From contig OZ024743.1 in the NCBI GenBank assembly GCA_964016885.1, positions 205,406,001 through 205,470,000 of the forward strand: a stretch of DNA of 64,000 bases. Reading direction: 5' to 3'. This stretch comes from Eledone cirrhosa (Eukaryota). Position 1 is the first letter of the stretch. Every line of letters begins with the position of its first letter. The position numbers were made by a program, and so were the translations under genes. Positions 27,640 to 43,500 of the stretch are shown piece by piece. The notes under the pieces were generated by a model. It was not told the DNA's origin. It did not search any database and worked only from the letters and a program-made list of their open reading frames with translations.

Positions 27640-30600
27640 ATACACATATATATGTGTAAATATATATATACACATATATATGTGTAAATATATATATACA
27701 CATATATATATACACATATATATGTGTAAATATATATATATACATATATATATACACATATATATGTGTAAATATATATATATACATATATATGTATGTA
27801 TATATATATATATATAAACACCATTAAAAACTCCATTGAAAAGCTCATAAAAACTCATTAAAAACCCAATAAAAAGCACACTAAACCACCATTAAAAGCT
27901 ACATCCGAAACCCATTAAAAACTATATTAAAACACCATTAAAATTCCATTAAAAATCACATTAAAATCCATTAAAAATCCAATTAAAAATAGTAAAAACT
28001 TAATTGTAAACGTAATCGAAAGCGCAAGTAAAACAACATTAAAACCATTTAACACCCCATTAAAACCCACAAAAATACCACCATAACCCATTAAAATCCC
28101 ATAACCGCCATTAAAATTCCATTAAAAGTATTATCAAAAACTTCATTTAAAACACACTGGAAACCCATTAAACTTCATAAAAAAATCCATTAAAAAAAAT
28201 CCATTAAAAAAAAATCCATTAAAAAAATCCATTAAAAAAAAATCCGTTAAAAAAAATCCATTAAAAACTCAATCAAAAACCCAATTAAAAGGCCATAAAA
28301 GAAACATTAAAACAGCATTTAAAAAATCCATTAAAAAAATCCATTTAAAAAATCCATTAAAAATCCATTAAAAATCCATTAAAAAGCCATTAAAAATCCA
28401 TGAAAAATCCATTAAAAATCCATTAAAAATCCATTAAAAAATCCATTTAAAAAATCCATTTAAAAAATCCATTAAAAAAATCCATTTAAAAAATCCATTA
28501 AAAAAAATCCATTAAAAAAATCCATTAAAAAAAATCCATTAAAAAAAATCCGTTAAAAAAATGCATTAAAAACTCAATAAAAAACCCAATTAAAAGGCCA
28601 TAAAAGAAACATTAAAACAGCATTTAAAATACCATTAAAAACGCCATAAAAAACATTAAAATCCCATTAAAAATACATTAAAGGCCCATTAAAAATTCCA
28701 CTAAAAACCTCATTGAAAACCCCATTTAAAACCTAATTAGAAGCTCATAAAAACTCCCAAAACCCAATAAAAAAAACCATTAAAACGTCATTAAAACGTC
28801 ATAAAACGCTATTAAAACGTCATTAAAAATGTCATTAAAAACTCCATTGATAACTCAATTAAAAACTGCATTTTACCCCCCTCCTCCCCCATTAAAAACA
28901 CATTAAACACTCCATTAAAATTACCATTAAAAACCAATTAAATACTCCATTAAACACTATATTAAAACCGCAATTATAAATTCTTTAAAAATCCAATTAA
29001 AAAACATATTATAAACTCCATTAAAAATCCAATTAAAAACCCTACTGAAAATCCCATTATAAAATTACATAAAAACCCATAATAATAGTCCTTTAAAAAA
29101 CCAATTAAAAATCCTATTAAAACGCCATAAAAAACACCATTAAAACGTCATTAAAAATACAATTAAAAACACCATTAAAAACTACATTGCAAATTCCATT
29201 AAAAGACCCATTAAAAACTCCATTAAAAACACCACTAAAAAGCCCATTAAAAAGCTCATAAAACCCATTAAAATACAATCAATAACCAATTAACACTCCA
29301 TTAAAAACCATTACAACCGTCATTAAAATGCCATGAAATACCATTAAAACGCCATTAAGAACGCCATTAAAATCGTCATTAAAAACCTCATTAAAAACTA
29401 CATTAAAACTTCATTAAAAACTCCATTAAAACCTCCATTATAAACTCTATTAAACTCCATTAAAAACTCAATTAAATCCCCCATTAAACCCCCATTAAGC
29501 CCCATTAAAAGCCCCTGAAAAATGCAACTAAAAACCAATTTTAAAACCCCATTAAATCACAATTAAAAGTCCATTGGAAACCCCATTAAAATTCCATTAA
29601 AAATTCATTAAAAACTTAGTAAAAACTCGATTTTATACTCAATTAAAAAGGTAATTGAAAACTCAATTAGCACACCATTAAAAACTCATTAAAAAGCCCA
29701 TAAAAACTCCATAAAAAATCTAATTGAAAAACATTAAAAATTCAGTTAAAAACCTGATTGAAAACCCCAATAAAAGTTCATTAAAAAAACTCCATTAAAA
29801 AATCAATCAAAACCCCATTAAAATAACATTGAAACTTATCGAAGCGTCATTAAGGATACCATTAAAAAACACCATTAAAACGGCATTGAAAACCCATTAT
29901 AAAAAATTAAAGGGTCCGTAAAAAACACCATTATAAATCCATTAAAAACCTAATTGAAAAACCCATTAAAACTCAATTTTTAAACTAGATTAAAAACGCA
30001 ATTAAAAACGCAATTAAAAGCTCAATGAAAAACCATTAAAAACACCATTAAAAACTCTAAAAAAAGAGCACTAGCCATTAAAACTCCATTAAAACCCATT
30101 GAAACCTACTACCCCCATTAAACCCCATTAAAATTGCATTAAACACATTACACATCCATTAAAGCCCATTAGAAGGACCATCAAATATTTAAATTTAAAC
30201 TAAATCAGAAACTCGCTTAAAACACCATTAAAAACACATTAAAATGTCACTAATACCATTAACAACCACACCAAAAACTCCATTAATATACCATTAAAAA
30301 CCGCATTGAAAACCCATAAAATCCCAAGTAAAGATCTTTTAAAAAACTACATTAAAAACCCAATTAAAAAACCCATTAAAACGCCATAAAAGTCATTAAA
30401 ACGTCATTTAAAGTACCATTAAAAACGTCACTAGAAACCCAATTAAAAACACATTAAAAATTCCATTTGAAACCATATTAAAAATTTCATTAAATGCAAT
30501 ATTGAAAAACCCATTAAAAACACCAGTGAAAACTCATATAAATACTCAATTAAAAAACCAATTAAAAATCCTATTTAAACGTCACTAAAAGACCATAAAA

Positions 30601-32291
30601 AACACAATTAAAACGTCATTAAAACACCATTAAACTATCATTAAAAATTACATTGAAAACACCATTAAAAATTCAATTAAAACCCCATTAAAAATCCATT
30701 AAAAAGATCATCATGAACGCACTTAAACACCATCAAAAACGCATTAAAAATTAAATTAAAAAGCAATTAATTTTTTTTATCAAACCCCCATTAAAATTCC
30801 ATTAAACACTCCATTAAAAACAACATTGAAAACCCCCATTAAAAGCTCATACAAAATTATATTAAAAACCCAATAAAAAACAATTACAACGCCATTAAAA
30901 CATCATAAAAACTCATTAAAATGTCATTTAAAATGCCATTAAAACCCTCACGGGGGGAAACGCAATTAAAAACACCATTAGAAATTTCATTAAAAACTCC
31001 ATTAAAAATCATATTTAAAGTCAATTAGAACCCTTATTATAAATTCCATTAAAACCCATTAAGTATCCAATTGAAAAATCCATTAAGAGCTCATTAAAAA
31101 TACTCCATTAAAAACCCAATTAAAAATCATTAAAACGCATTTAAACACCATAAAAACACAATTAAAACGCCATTAAAAACTCCATTAAAACATCCTTGAA
31201 TCTATTAAAAATTTCATTAAAAACGCAATCAAAAATTCCATTAAAAACCCATTTAAAAACTCATAAACAACACCATTGAAAACCCAATTAAAAACTCCAT
31301 AAAAAACCCATTAAACACCATCGAAAATTCCATTAAAACACCATTAAAAAGCCATTAAAACCCAATTTTAAACGCAATTAAAAACTGAATTAAAACACTA
31401 TTAAAAACTCATAAAAAAGGCTCATAAATAATGGGGTTTTCAATTGTTTTTTATGAAATTTATAATATGGCTTTTAATGAACTTTTTAATGGGCTTTTAG
31501 TGGAGTTTTTAATAGATTTTTATGGAATTTTTAATGACATTATTAATGGTTTTTTAATTGGGCTTTTTGTGATGTTTTAATGGCGTTTTTATGACATTTT
31601 ATTGTGTTTTGTGGCGTTTTAATGGCGTTTTAATTGGTTTGTTATTGGGTTTTTAATAGAGTTTTATGAACTTTTAATATGGGGTTAATGGGTTTTGAAT
31701 GTGTTTTCAATGGAACTTTTAATTGAGTTTTTAATGAAATTTCTAATGGGATGTGTAATTGAATTTTTAATTGGTTTTTAATGGGTTTAGTGGGTTTATA
31801 GTGGAGTTTTTAATGGTGTTTTAATGGTGCTTCGATTGAGTTTTTAATTGAGTTTTTAATTGAGTTTTTACTGAGTTTTTAATTGAGTTCTTATTTTATT
31901 TTATTTTATTTATTTTTTATATTTAATTTTTTTTTATTTTTTTTTATTTTATTTTATTTTTATTTATTTTATTTTATTTTATTTTATTTTATTTATTTTA
32001 TTTTATTTTATTTATATTTTTTAGTTTTTTTTATTTTATTTTATTTTATTTTTTTTATTTTATTTTATTTTATTTTATTTTATTTTATTTTATTTTATTT
32101 CATTTTATTTTTTATTTTATTTTATTTTATTTTATTTTATTTTATTTTATTTTATTTTATTTTATTTTATTTTATTTTATTTTATTTTATTTTATTTTAT
32201 TTTATTGAGTTTTTAATTTAGTTTATAATTTAGTTTATAACTTAGTTTATAATTTAGTTTATTTCTCCCTCTTCTCCCCCTACTGTCCTCT
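25736..32291 (+). repeat. Macrosatellite unit 3 (6556 bp)
   Basis: Anchor to anchor. It has a double (TCCATTAn) expansion at ~28180-28570. Confidence 0.95.
26738..27133. repeat. Foldback inverted repeat, unit 3 (396 bp)
   Basis: Same termini. Confidence 0.93.
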
Positions 32292-33156
32292 ACAGCCAGA
32301 TCTGCCTTTCTTTACCCCTCCCAAGTCTCTTCCCTCTTCTCCCCCTACTGTCCTCTACAGCCTGATCTGCCTTTCTTTACCCCTCCCTAGTCTCTTCATT
32401 ATTCAGTTTTGTTTTTATCTTTCTAAAACATCCTAGTTTTAATGAAATTAAAAGGAAATAGCAATCGCTATAAGTGTGCAAGCCAGCATGTAACTTCATG
32501 TGTGTGTGTTTTTAATGGAGTTTTTAATTGAGTTTTAATGGAGTTTTAATTGAGTTTATAATGGAGATTTAAATGGAATTTTTAATTGAGTTTTAATGTA
32601 GTTTTAATGGTGTTTTATGCCGTTTTAATGGTATTTTAATGGGGTTTTTATTTGGTTTTTTATAAAGTTTTGGGTGCGCTTTTAATAGGGGTTTAATGGG
32701 TTTTCAGTGTAGTTTTTAATGACATTTTTAATGGTTTTCCAATGGAACCTTAGTGGTGTGTTAATGCAATTTTAATTGGTTTAATGGGCTTTTAATTGTG
32801 TTTTTAATGGTGTTTTAATTGAGTTTTTAATTGCGTTTTTATTGAGTTTTTATTTCGGTTTAAATTTGAGGTTTTAATGTCTTTTCGAGGGGGGGGGGTT
32901 AATGGTGGTTTTAATGGAGTTTTAATGGGGACTTTTAATGGAAACTTTAATTTTGTTTTAATTGGGTTTTTATGGGTTTCCAATGTGGTTTTTAATGGCG
33001 CTTTTATTGGCATTCTTAATGATGTTTTAATTGTGTTTTAATGGGGGGTTTGGTTGGGGTTTTAATGGAGTGTTTTATGAGCTTATAATGGGGTTTTTAA
33101 TGGGTTTTTCAAAATAGATTTTTAATTGAATTTTTAATGTGGTTTTTAATGGGATT

Positions 33157-33188
<32 letters not shown>

Positions 33189-33254
33189 ATATATAGTGTG
33201 TGTGTATATATATATATATAGTGTGTATGTATATATATATATATAGTGTGTGCG

Positions 33255-33286
<32 letters not shown>

Positions 33287-33879
33287 ACACAAATATTAGC
33301 ATATACATATTTTCTTAGTAATTGAGGATGTGTTTTTTATACATACATATGCATATTGCATCCATACATACACACATACAAGCATATACATACACATACA
33401 CACACATATATATACACACACTGTATATATATACATACACACACACACATATATATATATACACCACACACTATATATATATATAGTGTGTGTGTGTATA
33501 TATATATGTGTGTGTGTGTGTATGTATATATATATATACAGTGTGTGTATATATGTGTGTGTGTATGTCTATGTATATGCTTGTATGTGTGTATGTATGT
33601 ATGTATGCAATATGCATATGTATGTATAAAAACACATCCTCAATGACTAAGAAATTATGTATATGCTAATATTTGTGTTAGTGTCTATATAAATGTATGT
33701 ATGTAGTATATGCAAGTGTTCGTGCAAATTGAAAATAGATTTAATAATTTTAATAATATCTAGAACAATGTGATCTAAAAAAAATATTTTTTAAGATACG
33801 AATATATCGTTGTCAGCTTAATATGGCACTAACGCAAAATATAAATCCCAGTTTATATATAGTGTGTAACATGAAAGTG

Positions 33880-33965
<86 letters not shown>

Positions 33966-34092
33966 ATATATATATATATATATATATATATTTAATATAT
34001 ATATATATATATATTTAATATATATATATATATATATATATTTAATATATATATATATATATATATTTAATATATATATATATATATATATA

Positions 34093-34127
<35 letters not shown>

Positions 34128-34128
34128 A

Positions 34129-34159
<31 letters not shown>

Positions 34160-37100
34160 TTAATACACATATATATGTGTAAATATATATATACACATAT
34201 ATATGTGTAAATATATATATACACATATATATATACACATATATATGTGTAAATATATATATATACATATATATATACACATATATATGTGTAAATATAT
34301 ATATATACATATATATGTATGTATATATATATATATATAAACACCATTAAAAACTCCATTGAAAAGCTCATAAAAACTCATTAAAAACCCAATAAAAAGC
34401 ACACTAAACCACCATTAAAAGCTACATCCGAAACCCATTAAAAACTATATTAAAACACCATTAAAATTCCATTAAAAACCACATTAAAATCCATTAAAAA
34501 TCCAATTAAAAACAGTAAAAACTTAATTGTAAACGTAATCGAAAGCGCAAGTAAAACAACATTAAAACCATTTAACACCCCATTAAAACCCACAAAAATA
34601 CCACCAGAACCCATTAAAATCCCATAACCGCCATTAAAATTCCATTAAAAATATTATCAAAAACTTCATTTAAAACACACTGGAAACCCATTAAACTTCA
34701 TAAAAAAATCCATTTAAAAAAATCCATTAAAAAAAATCCATTAAAAAAAATCCATTAAAAAAATTCCATTAAAAAAAAATCCGTTAAAAAATCCATTAAA
34801 AACTCAATCAAAAACCCAATTAAAAGGCCATAAAAGAAACATTAAAACAGCATTTAAAAAAGCCATTAAAAATCCATTAAAAAAAAACATTTAAAAAAGT
34901 CCACTAAAAAAATCCATTAAAAATCCATTAAAAACCCATTAAAAATCCATTAAAAATCCATTAAAAATCCATTAAAAATCCATTAAAAAATCCATTTAAA
35001 AAATCCATTAAAAAATCCATTAAAAAAATCCATTTAAAAAATCCATTAAAAAAATTCCATTAAAAAAATCCATTAAAAAAAATCCATTAAAAAAAATCCG
35101 TTAAAAAAAATCCATTAAAAACTCAATCAAAAACCCAATTAAAAGGCCATAAAAGAAACATTAAAACAGCATTTAAAATACCATTAAAAACGCCATAAAT
35201 AACATTAAAATCCCATTAAAAATACATTAAAGGCCCATTAAAAATTCCACTAAAAACCTCATTGAAAACCCCATTTAAAACCTAATTAGAAGCTCATAAA
35301 AACTCCCAAAACCCAATAAAAAAACCATTAAAACGTCATTAAAACGTCATAAAACGCTATTAAAACGTCATTAAAAATGTCATTAAAAACTCCATTGATA
35401 ACTCAATTAAAAACTGCATTTTACACCCCTCCTCCCCCATTAAAAACACATTAAACACTCCATTAAAATTACCATTAAAAACCAATTAAATACTCCATTA
35501 AACACTATATTAAAACCGCAATTATAAATTCTTTAAAAATCCAATTAAAAACCATATTATAAACTCCATTAAAAATCCAATTAAAAACCCTACTGAAAAT
35601 CCCATTATAAAATTACATAAAAAACCCATAATAATAGTCCTTAAAAAAAACAATTAAAAATCCTATTAAAACGCCATAAAAAACACCATTAAAACGTCAT
35701 TAAAAATACAATTGAAAACACCATTAAAAACTACATTGCAAATTCCATTAAAAAGCTCATAAAACCCATTAAAATACAATTAATAACCAATTAACACTCC
35801 ATTAAAAACCATTACAACCGTCATTAAAATGCCATAAAATACCATTAAAACGCCATTAAGAACGCCATTAAAATCGTCATTAAAAACCTCATTAAAAACT
35901 ACATTAAAACTTCATTAAAAACTTCATTAAAACCTACATTATAAACTCTATTAAACTCCATTAAAAACTCAATTAAATCCCCCATTAAACCCCCATTAAG
36001 CCCCATTAAAAGCCCCTGAAAAATGCAACTAAAAACAAATTTTAAAACCCCATTAAAACACAATTAAAAGTCCATTGGAAACCCCATTAAAATTCCATTA
36101 AAAATTCATTAAAAACTTAGTAAAAACTCGATTTTATACTCAATTAAAAAGGTAATTGAAAACTCAATTAGCACACCATTAAAAACTCATTAAAAAGCCC
36201 ATAAAAACTCCATAAAAAATCTAATTGAAAAACATTAAAAATTCAGTTAAAAACCTGATTGAAAACCCCAATAAAAGTTCATTAAAAAAACTCCATTAAA
36301 AAATCAATCAAAACCCCATTAAAATAACATTGAAACTTATCGAAGCGTCATTAAGGATACCATTAAAAAACACCATTAAAACGGCATTGAAAACCCATTA
36401 TAAAAAATTAAAGGGTCCGTAAAAAACACCATTATAAATCCATTAAAAACCTAATTGAAAAACCCATTAAAACTCAATTTTTAAACTAGATTAAAAACGC
36501 AATTAAAAACGCAATTAAAAGCTCAATGAAAAACCATTAAAAACACCATTAAAAACTCTAAAAAAAAGAGCACTAGCCATTAAAACTCCATTAAAACCCA
36601 TTGAAACCTACTACCCCCATTAAACCCCATTAAAATTGCATTAAACACATTACACATCCATTAAAGCCCATTAGAAGGACCATCAAATATTTAAATTTAA
36701 ACTAAATCAGAAACTCGCTTAAAACACCATTAAAAACACATTAAAATGTCACTAATACCATTAACAACCACACCAAAAACTCCATTAATATACCATTAAA
36801 AACCGCATTGAAAACCCATAAAATCCCAAGTAAAGATCTTTTAAAAAACTACATTAAAAACCCAATTAAAAAACCCATTAAAACGCCATAAAAGTCATTA
36901 AAACGTCATTTAAAGTACCATTAAAAACGTCACTAGAAACCCAATTAAAAACACATTAAAAATTCCATTTGAAACCATATTAAAAATTTCATTAAATGCA
37001 ATATTGAAAAACCCATTAAAAACACCAGTGAAAACTCATATAAATACTCAATTAAAAAACCAATTAAAAATCCTATTTAAACGTCACTAAAACACCATAA

Positions 37101-38693
37101 AAACACAATTAAAACGTCATTAAAACACCATTAAACTATCATTAAAAATTACATTGAAAACACCATTAAAATTCAATTAAAACCCCATTAAAAATCCATT
37201 AAAAAGATCATCATGAACGCACTTAAACACCATCAAAAACGCATTAAAAATTAAATTAAAAAGCAATTAATTTTTTTTATCAAACCCCCATTAAAATTCC
37301 ATTAAACACTCCATTAAAAACAACATTGAAAACCCCCATTAAAAGCTCATACAAAATTATATTAAAAACCCAATAAAAAACAATTACAACGCCATTAAAA
37401 CATCATAAAAACTCATTAAAATGTCATTTAAAATGCCATTAAAACCCTCACGGGGGGAAACGCAATTAAAAACACCATTAGAAATTTCATTAAAAACTCC
37501 ATTAAAAATCATATTTAAAGTCAATTAGAACCCTTATTATAAATTCCATTAAAACCCATTAAGTATCCAATTGAAAAATCCATTAAGAGCTCATTAAAAA
37601 TACTCCATTAAAAACCCAATTAAAAATCATTAAAACGCATTTAAACACCATAAAAACACAATTAAAACGCCATTAAAAACTCCATTAAAACATCCTTGAA
37701 TCTATTAAAAATTTCATTAAAAACGCAATCAAAAATTCCATTAAAAACCCATTTAAAAACTCATAAACAACACCATTGAAAACCCAATTAAAAACTCCAT
37801 AAAAAACCCATTAAACACCATCGAAAATTCCATTAAAACACCATTAAAAAGCCATTAAAACCCAATTTTAAACGCAATTAAAAACTGAATTAAAACACTA
37901 TTAAAAACTCATAAAAAAAGGCTCATAAATAATGGGGTTTTCAATTGTTTTTTATGAAATTTATAATATGGCTTTTAATGAACTTTTTAATGGGCTTTTA
38001 GTGGAGTTTTTAATAGATTTTTATGGAATTTTTAATGACATTATTAATGGTTTTTTAATTGGGCTTTTTGTGATGTTTTAATGGCGTTTTTATGACATTT
38101 TATTGTGTTTTGTGGCGTTTTAATGGCGTTTTAATTGGTTTGTTATTGGGTTTTTAATAGAGTTTTATGAACTTTTAATATGGGGTTAATGGGTTTTGAA
38201 TGTGTTTTCAATGGAACTTTTAATTGAGTTTTTAATGAAATTTCTAATGGGATGTGTAATTGAATTTTTAATTGGTTTTTAATGGGTTTAGTGGGTTTAT
38301 AGTGGAGTTTTTAATGGTGTTTTAATGGTGCTTCGATTGAGTTTTTAATTGAGTTTTTAATTGAGTTTTTACTGAGTTTTTAATTGAGTTCTTATTTTAT
38401 TTTATTTTATTTATTTTTTATATTTAATTTTTTTTTATTTTTTTTTATTTTATTTTATTTTTATTTATTTTATTTTATTTTATTTTATTTTATTTATTTT
38501 ATTTTATTTTATTTTATTTTATTTTATTTTATTTTATTTTATTTTATTTTATTTTATTTTATTTTATTTTATTTTATTTTATTTTATTTTATTTTATTTT
38601 ATTTTATTGAGTTTTTAATTTAGTTTATAATTTAGTTTATAACTTAGTTTATAATTTAGTTTATTTCTCCCTCCTCTCCCTCTACTGTCCTCT
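32292..38693 (+). repeat. Macrosatellite unit 4 (6402 bp)
   Basis: Anchor to anchor. It has a double (TCCATTAn) expansion at ~34700-35120 and a small deletion near 35750. Confidence 0.95.
33285..33680. repeat. Foldback inverted repeat, unit 4 (396 bp)
   Basis: Same termini. Confidence 0.93.
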
Positions 38694-39546
38694 ACAGCCA
38701 GATCTGCCTTTCTTTACCCCTCCCAAGTCTCTTCCCTCTTCTCCCCCTACTGTCCTCTACAGCCTGATCTGCCTTTCTTTACCCCTCCCTAGTCTCTTCA
38801 TTATTCAGTTTTGTTTTTATCTTTCTAAAACATCCTAGTTTTAATGAAATTAAAAGGAAATAGCAATCGCTATAAGTGTGCAAGCCAGCATGTAACTTCA
38901 TGTGTGTGTGTTTTTAATGGAGTTTTTAATTGAGTTTTAATGGAGTTTTAATTGAGTTTATAATGGAGATTTAAATGGAATTTTTAATTGAGTTTTAATG
39001 TACTTTTAATGGTGTTTTATGCCGTTTTAATGGTATTTTAATGGGGTTTTTATTTGGTTTTTTATAAAGTTTTGGGTGCGCTTTTAATGGGGGTTTAATG
39101 GGTTTTCAGTGTAGTTTTTAATGACATTTTTAATGGTTTTCCAATGGAACCTTAGTGGTGTGTTAATGCAATTTTAATGGGCTTTTAATTGTGTTTTTAA
39201 TGGTGTTTTAATTGAGTTTTTAATTGCGTTTTAATTGAGTTTTTATTTCGGTTTAAATTTGAGGTTTTAATGTCTTTTCGAGGGGGGGTTAATGGGGGTT
39301 TTAATGGAGTTTTAATGGGGACTTTTAATGGAAACTTTAATTTTGTTTTAATTGGGTTTTTATGGGTTTCCAATGTGGTTTTTAATGGCGCTTTTATTGG
39401 CATTCTTAATGATGTTTTAATTGTGTTTTAATGGGGGGTTTGGTTGGGGTTTTAATGGAGTGTTTTATGAGCTTATAATGGGGTTTTTAATGGGTTTTTC
39501 AAAATAGATTTTTAATTGAATTTTTAATGTGGTTTTTAATGGGATT

Positions 39547-39580
<34 letters not shown>

Positions 39581-39654
39581 TATAATATATAGTGTGTGTG
39601 TATATATATATATATAGTGTGTATGTATATATATATATATATATAGTGTGTGCG

Positions 39655-39686
<32 letters not shown>

Positions 39687-40441
39687 ACACAAATATTAGC
39701 ATATACATATTTTCTTAGTAATTGAGGATGTGTTTTTTATACATACATATGCATATTGCATCCATACATACACACATACAAGCATATACATACACATACA
39801 CACACATATATATACACACACTGTATATATATACATACACACACACACACATATATATATATACACCACACACTATATATATATATAGTGTGTGTGTGTA
39901 TATATATATGTGTGTGTGTGTGTATGTATATATATATATACAGTGTGTGTATATATGTGTGTGTGTATGTCTATGTATATGCTTGTATGTGTGTATGTAT
40001 GTATGTATGCAATATGCATATATAAAAACACATCCTCAATGACTAAGAAATTATGTATATGCTAATATTTGTGTTAGTGTCTATATAAATGTATGTATGT
40101 AGTATATGCAAGTGTTCGTGCAAATTGAAAATAGATTTAATAATTTTAATATCTAGAACAATGTGATCTAAAAAAAATATTTTTTAAGATACGAATATAT
40201 CGTTGTCAGCTTAATATGGCACTAACGCAAAATATAAATCCCAGTTTATATATAGTGTGTAACATGAAAGTGGAATATATATATATATATATATATTTAA
40301 TATATATATATATATATTTAATATATATATATATATATATATTTAATATATATATATATATATATATTTAATATATATATATATATATATATATTTAATA
40401 TATATATATATATATATATTTAATATATATATATATATATA

Positions 40442-40478
<37 letters not shown>

Positions 40479-40479
40479 A

Positions 40480-40535
<56 letters not shown>

Positions 40536-43500
40536 ATACACATATATATGTGTAAATATATATATACACATATATATGTGTAAATATATATATACACATA
40601 TATATATACACATATATATGTGTAAATATATATATATACATATATATGTATGTATGTATATATATATATATAAACACCATTAAAATCTCCATTGAAAAGC
40701 TCATAAAAACTCATTAAAAACCCAATAAAAAGCACACTAAACCACCATTAAAAGCTACATCCGAAACCCATTAAAAACTATATTAAAACACCATTAAAAT
40801 TCCATTAAAAACCACATTAAAATCCATTAAAAATCCAATTAAAAACAGTAAAAACTTAATTGTAAACGTAATCGAAAGCGCAAGTAAAACAACATTAAAA
40901 CCATTTAACACCCCATTAAAACCCACAAAAATACCACCAGAACCCATTAAAATCCCATAACCGCCATTAAAATGCCATTAAAAATATTATCAAAAACTTC
41001 ATTTAAAACACACTGGAAACCCATTAAACTTCATAATTCTCGTTAAAAAAAATCCATTAAAAGCTCAATCAAAAACCCAATTAAAAGGCCATAAAAGAAA
41101 CATTAAAACAGCATTTAAAATACCATTAAAAACGCCATAAAAAACATTAAAATCCCATTAAAAATACATTAAAGGCCCATTAAAAATTCCACTAAAAACC
41201 TCATTGAAAACCCCATTTAAAACCTAATTAGAAGCTCATAAAAACTCCCAAAACCCAATAAAAAAACCATTAAAAAGTCATTAAAACGTCATAAAACGCT
41301 ATTAAAACGTCATTAAAAATGTCATTAAAAACTCCATTGATAACTCAATTAAAAACTGCATTTTACCCCCCTCCTCCCCCATTAAAAACACATTAAACAC
41401 TCCATTAAAATTACCATTAAAAACCAATTAAATACTCCATTAAACACTATATTAAAACCGCAATTATAAATTCTTTAAAAATCCAATTAAAAACCATATT
41501 ATAAACTCCATTAAAAATCCAATTAAAAACCCTACTGAAAATCCCATTATAAAATTACATAAAAAACCCATAATAATAGTCCTTTAAAAAACCAATTAAA
41601 AATCCTATTAAAACGCCATAAAAAACACCATTAAAACGTCATTAAAAATACAATTGAAAACACCATTAAAAACTACATTGCAAATTCCATTAAAAGACCC
41701 ATTAAAAACTCCATTAAAAGCACCACTAAAAAGTCCATTAAAAAGCTCATAAAACCCATTAAAATACAATTAATAACCAATTAACACTCCATTAAAAACC
41801 ATTACAACAGTCATTAAAATGCCATAAAATACCATTAAAACGCCATTAAGAACGCCATTAAAATCGTCATTAAAAACCTCATTAAAAACTACATTAAAAC
41901 TTCATTAAAAACTCCATTAAAACCTCCATTATAAACTCTATTAAACTCCATTAAAAACTCAATTAAATCCCCCATTAAACCCCCATTAAGCCCCATTAAA
42001 AGCCCCTGAAAATGCAACTAAAGACCAATTTTAAAACCCCATTAAAACACAATTAAAAGTCCATTGGAAACCCCATTAAAATTCCATTAAAAATTCATTA
42101 AAAACTTAGTAAAAACTCGATTTTATACTCAATTAAAAAGGTAATTGAAAACTCAATTAGCACACCATTAAAAACTCATTAAAAAGCCCATAAAAACTCC
42201 ATAAAAAATCTAATTGAAAAACATTAAAAATTCAGTTAAAAACCTGATTGAAAACCCCAATAAAAGTTCATTAAAAAAACTCCATTAAAAAATCAATCAA
42301 AACCCCATTAAAATAACATTGAAACTTATCGAAGCGTCATTAAGGATACCATTAAAAAACACCATTAAAACGGCATTGAAAACCCATTATAAAAAATTAA
42401 AGGGTCCGTAAAAAACACCATTATAAATCCATTAAAAACCTAATTGAAAAACCCATTAAAACCCAATTTTTAAACTAGATTAAAAACGCAATTAAAAACG
42501 CAATTAAAAGCTCAATGAAAAACCATTAAAAACACCATTAAAAACTCTTTAAAAAAGAGCACTAGCCATTAAAACTCCATTAAAACCCATTGAAACCTAC
42601 TACCCCCATTAAACCCCATTAAAATTGCATTAAACACATTACACATCCATTAAAGCCCATTAGAAGGACCATCAAATATTTAAATTTAAACTAAATCAGA
42701 AACTCGCTTAAAACACCATTAAAAACACATTAAAATGTCACTAATACCATTAACAACCACACCAAAAACTCCATTAATATACCATTAAAAACCGCATTGA
42801 AAACCCATAAAATCCCAAGTAAAGATCTTTTAAAAAACTACATTAAAAACCCAATTAAAAAACCCATTAAAACGCCATAAAAGTCATTAAAACGTCATTT
42901 AAAGTACCATTAAAAACGTCACTAGAAACCCAATTAAAAACACATTAAAAATTCCATTTGAAACCATATTAAAAATTTCATTAAATGCAATATTGAAAAA
43001 CCCATTAAAAACACCAGTGAAAACTCATATAAATACTCAATTAAAAAACCAATTAAAAATCCTATTTAAACGTCACTAAAACACCATAAAAAACACAATT
43101 AAAACGTCATTAAAACACCATTAAACTATCATTAAAAATTACATTGAAAACACCATTAAAAATTCAATTAAAACCCCATTAAAAATCCATTAAAAAGATC
43201 ATCATGAACGCACTTAAACACCATCAAAAACGCATTAAAAATTAAATTAAAAAGCAATTAATTTTTTTTATCAAACCCCCATTAAAATTCCATTAAACAC
43301 TCCATTAAAAACAACATTGAAAACCCCCATTAAAAGCTCATACAAAATTATATTAAAAACCCAATAAAAAACAATTACAACGCCATTAAAACATCATAAA
43401 AACTCATTAAAATGTCATTTAAAATGCCATTAAAACCCTCACGGGGGGAAACGCAATTAAAAACACCATTAGAAATTTCATTAAAAACTCCATTAAAAAT

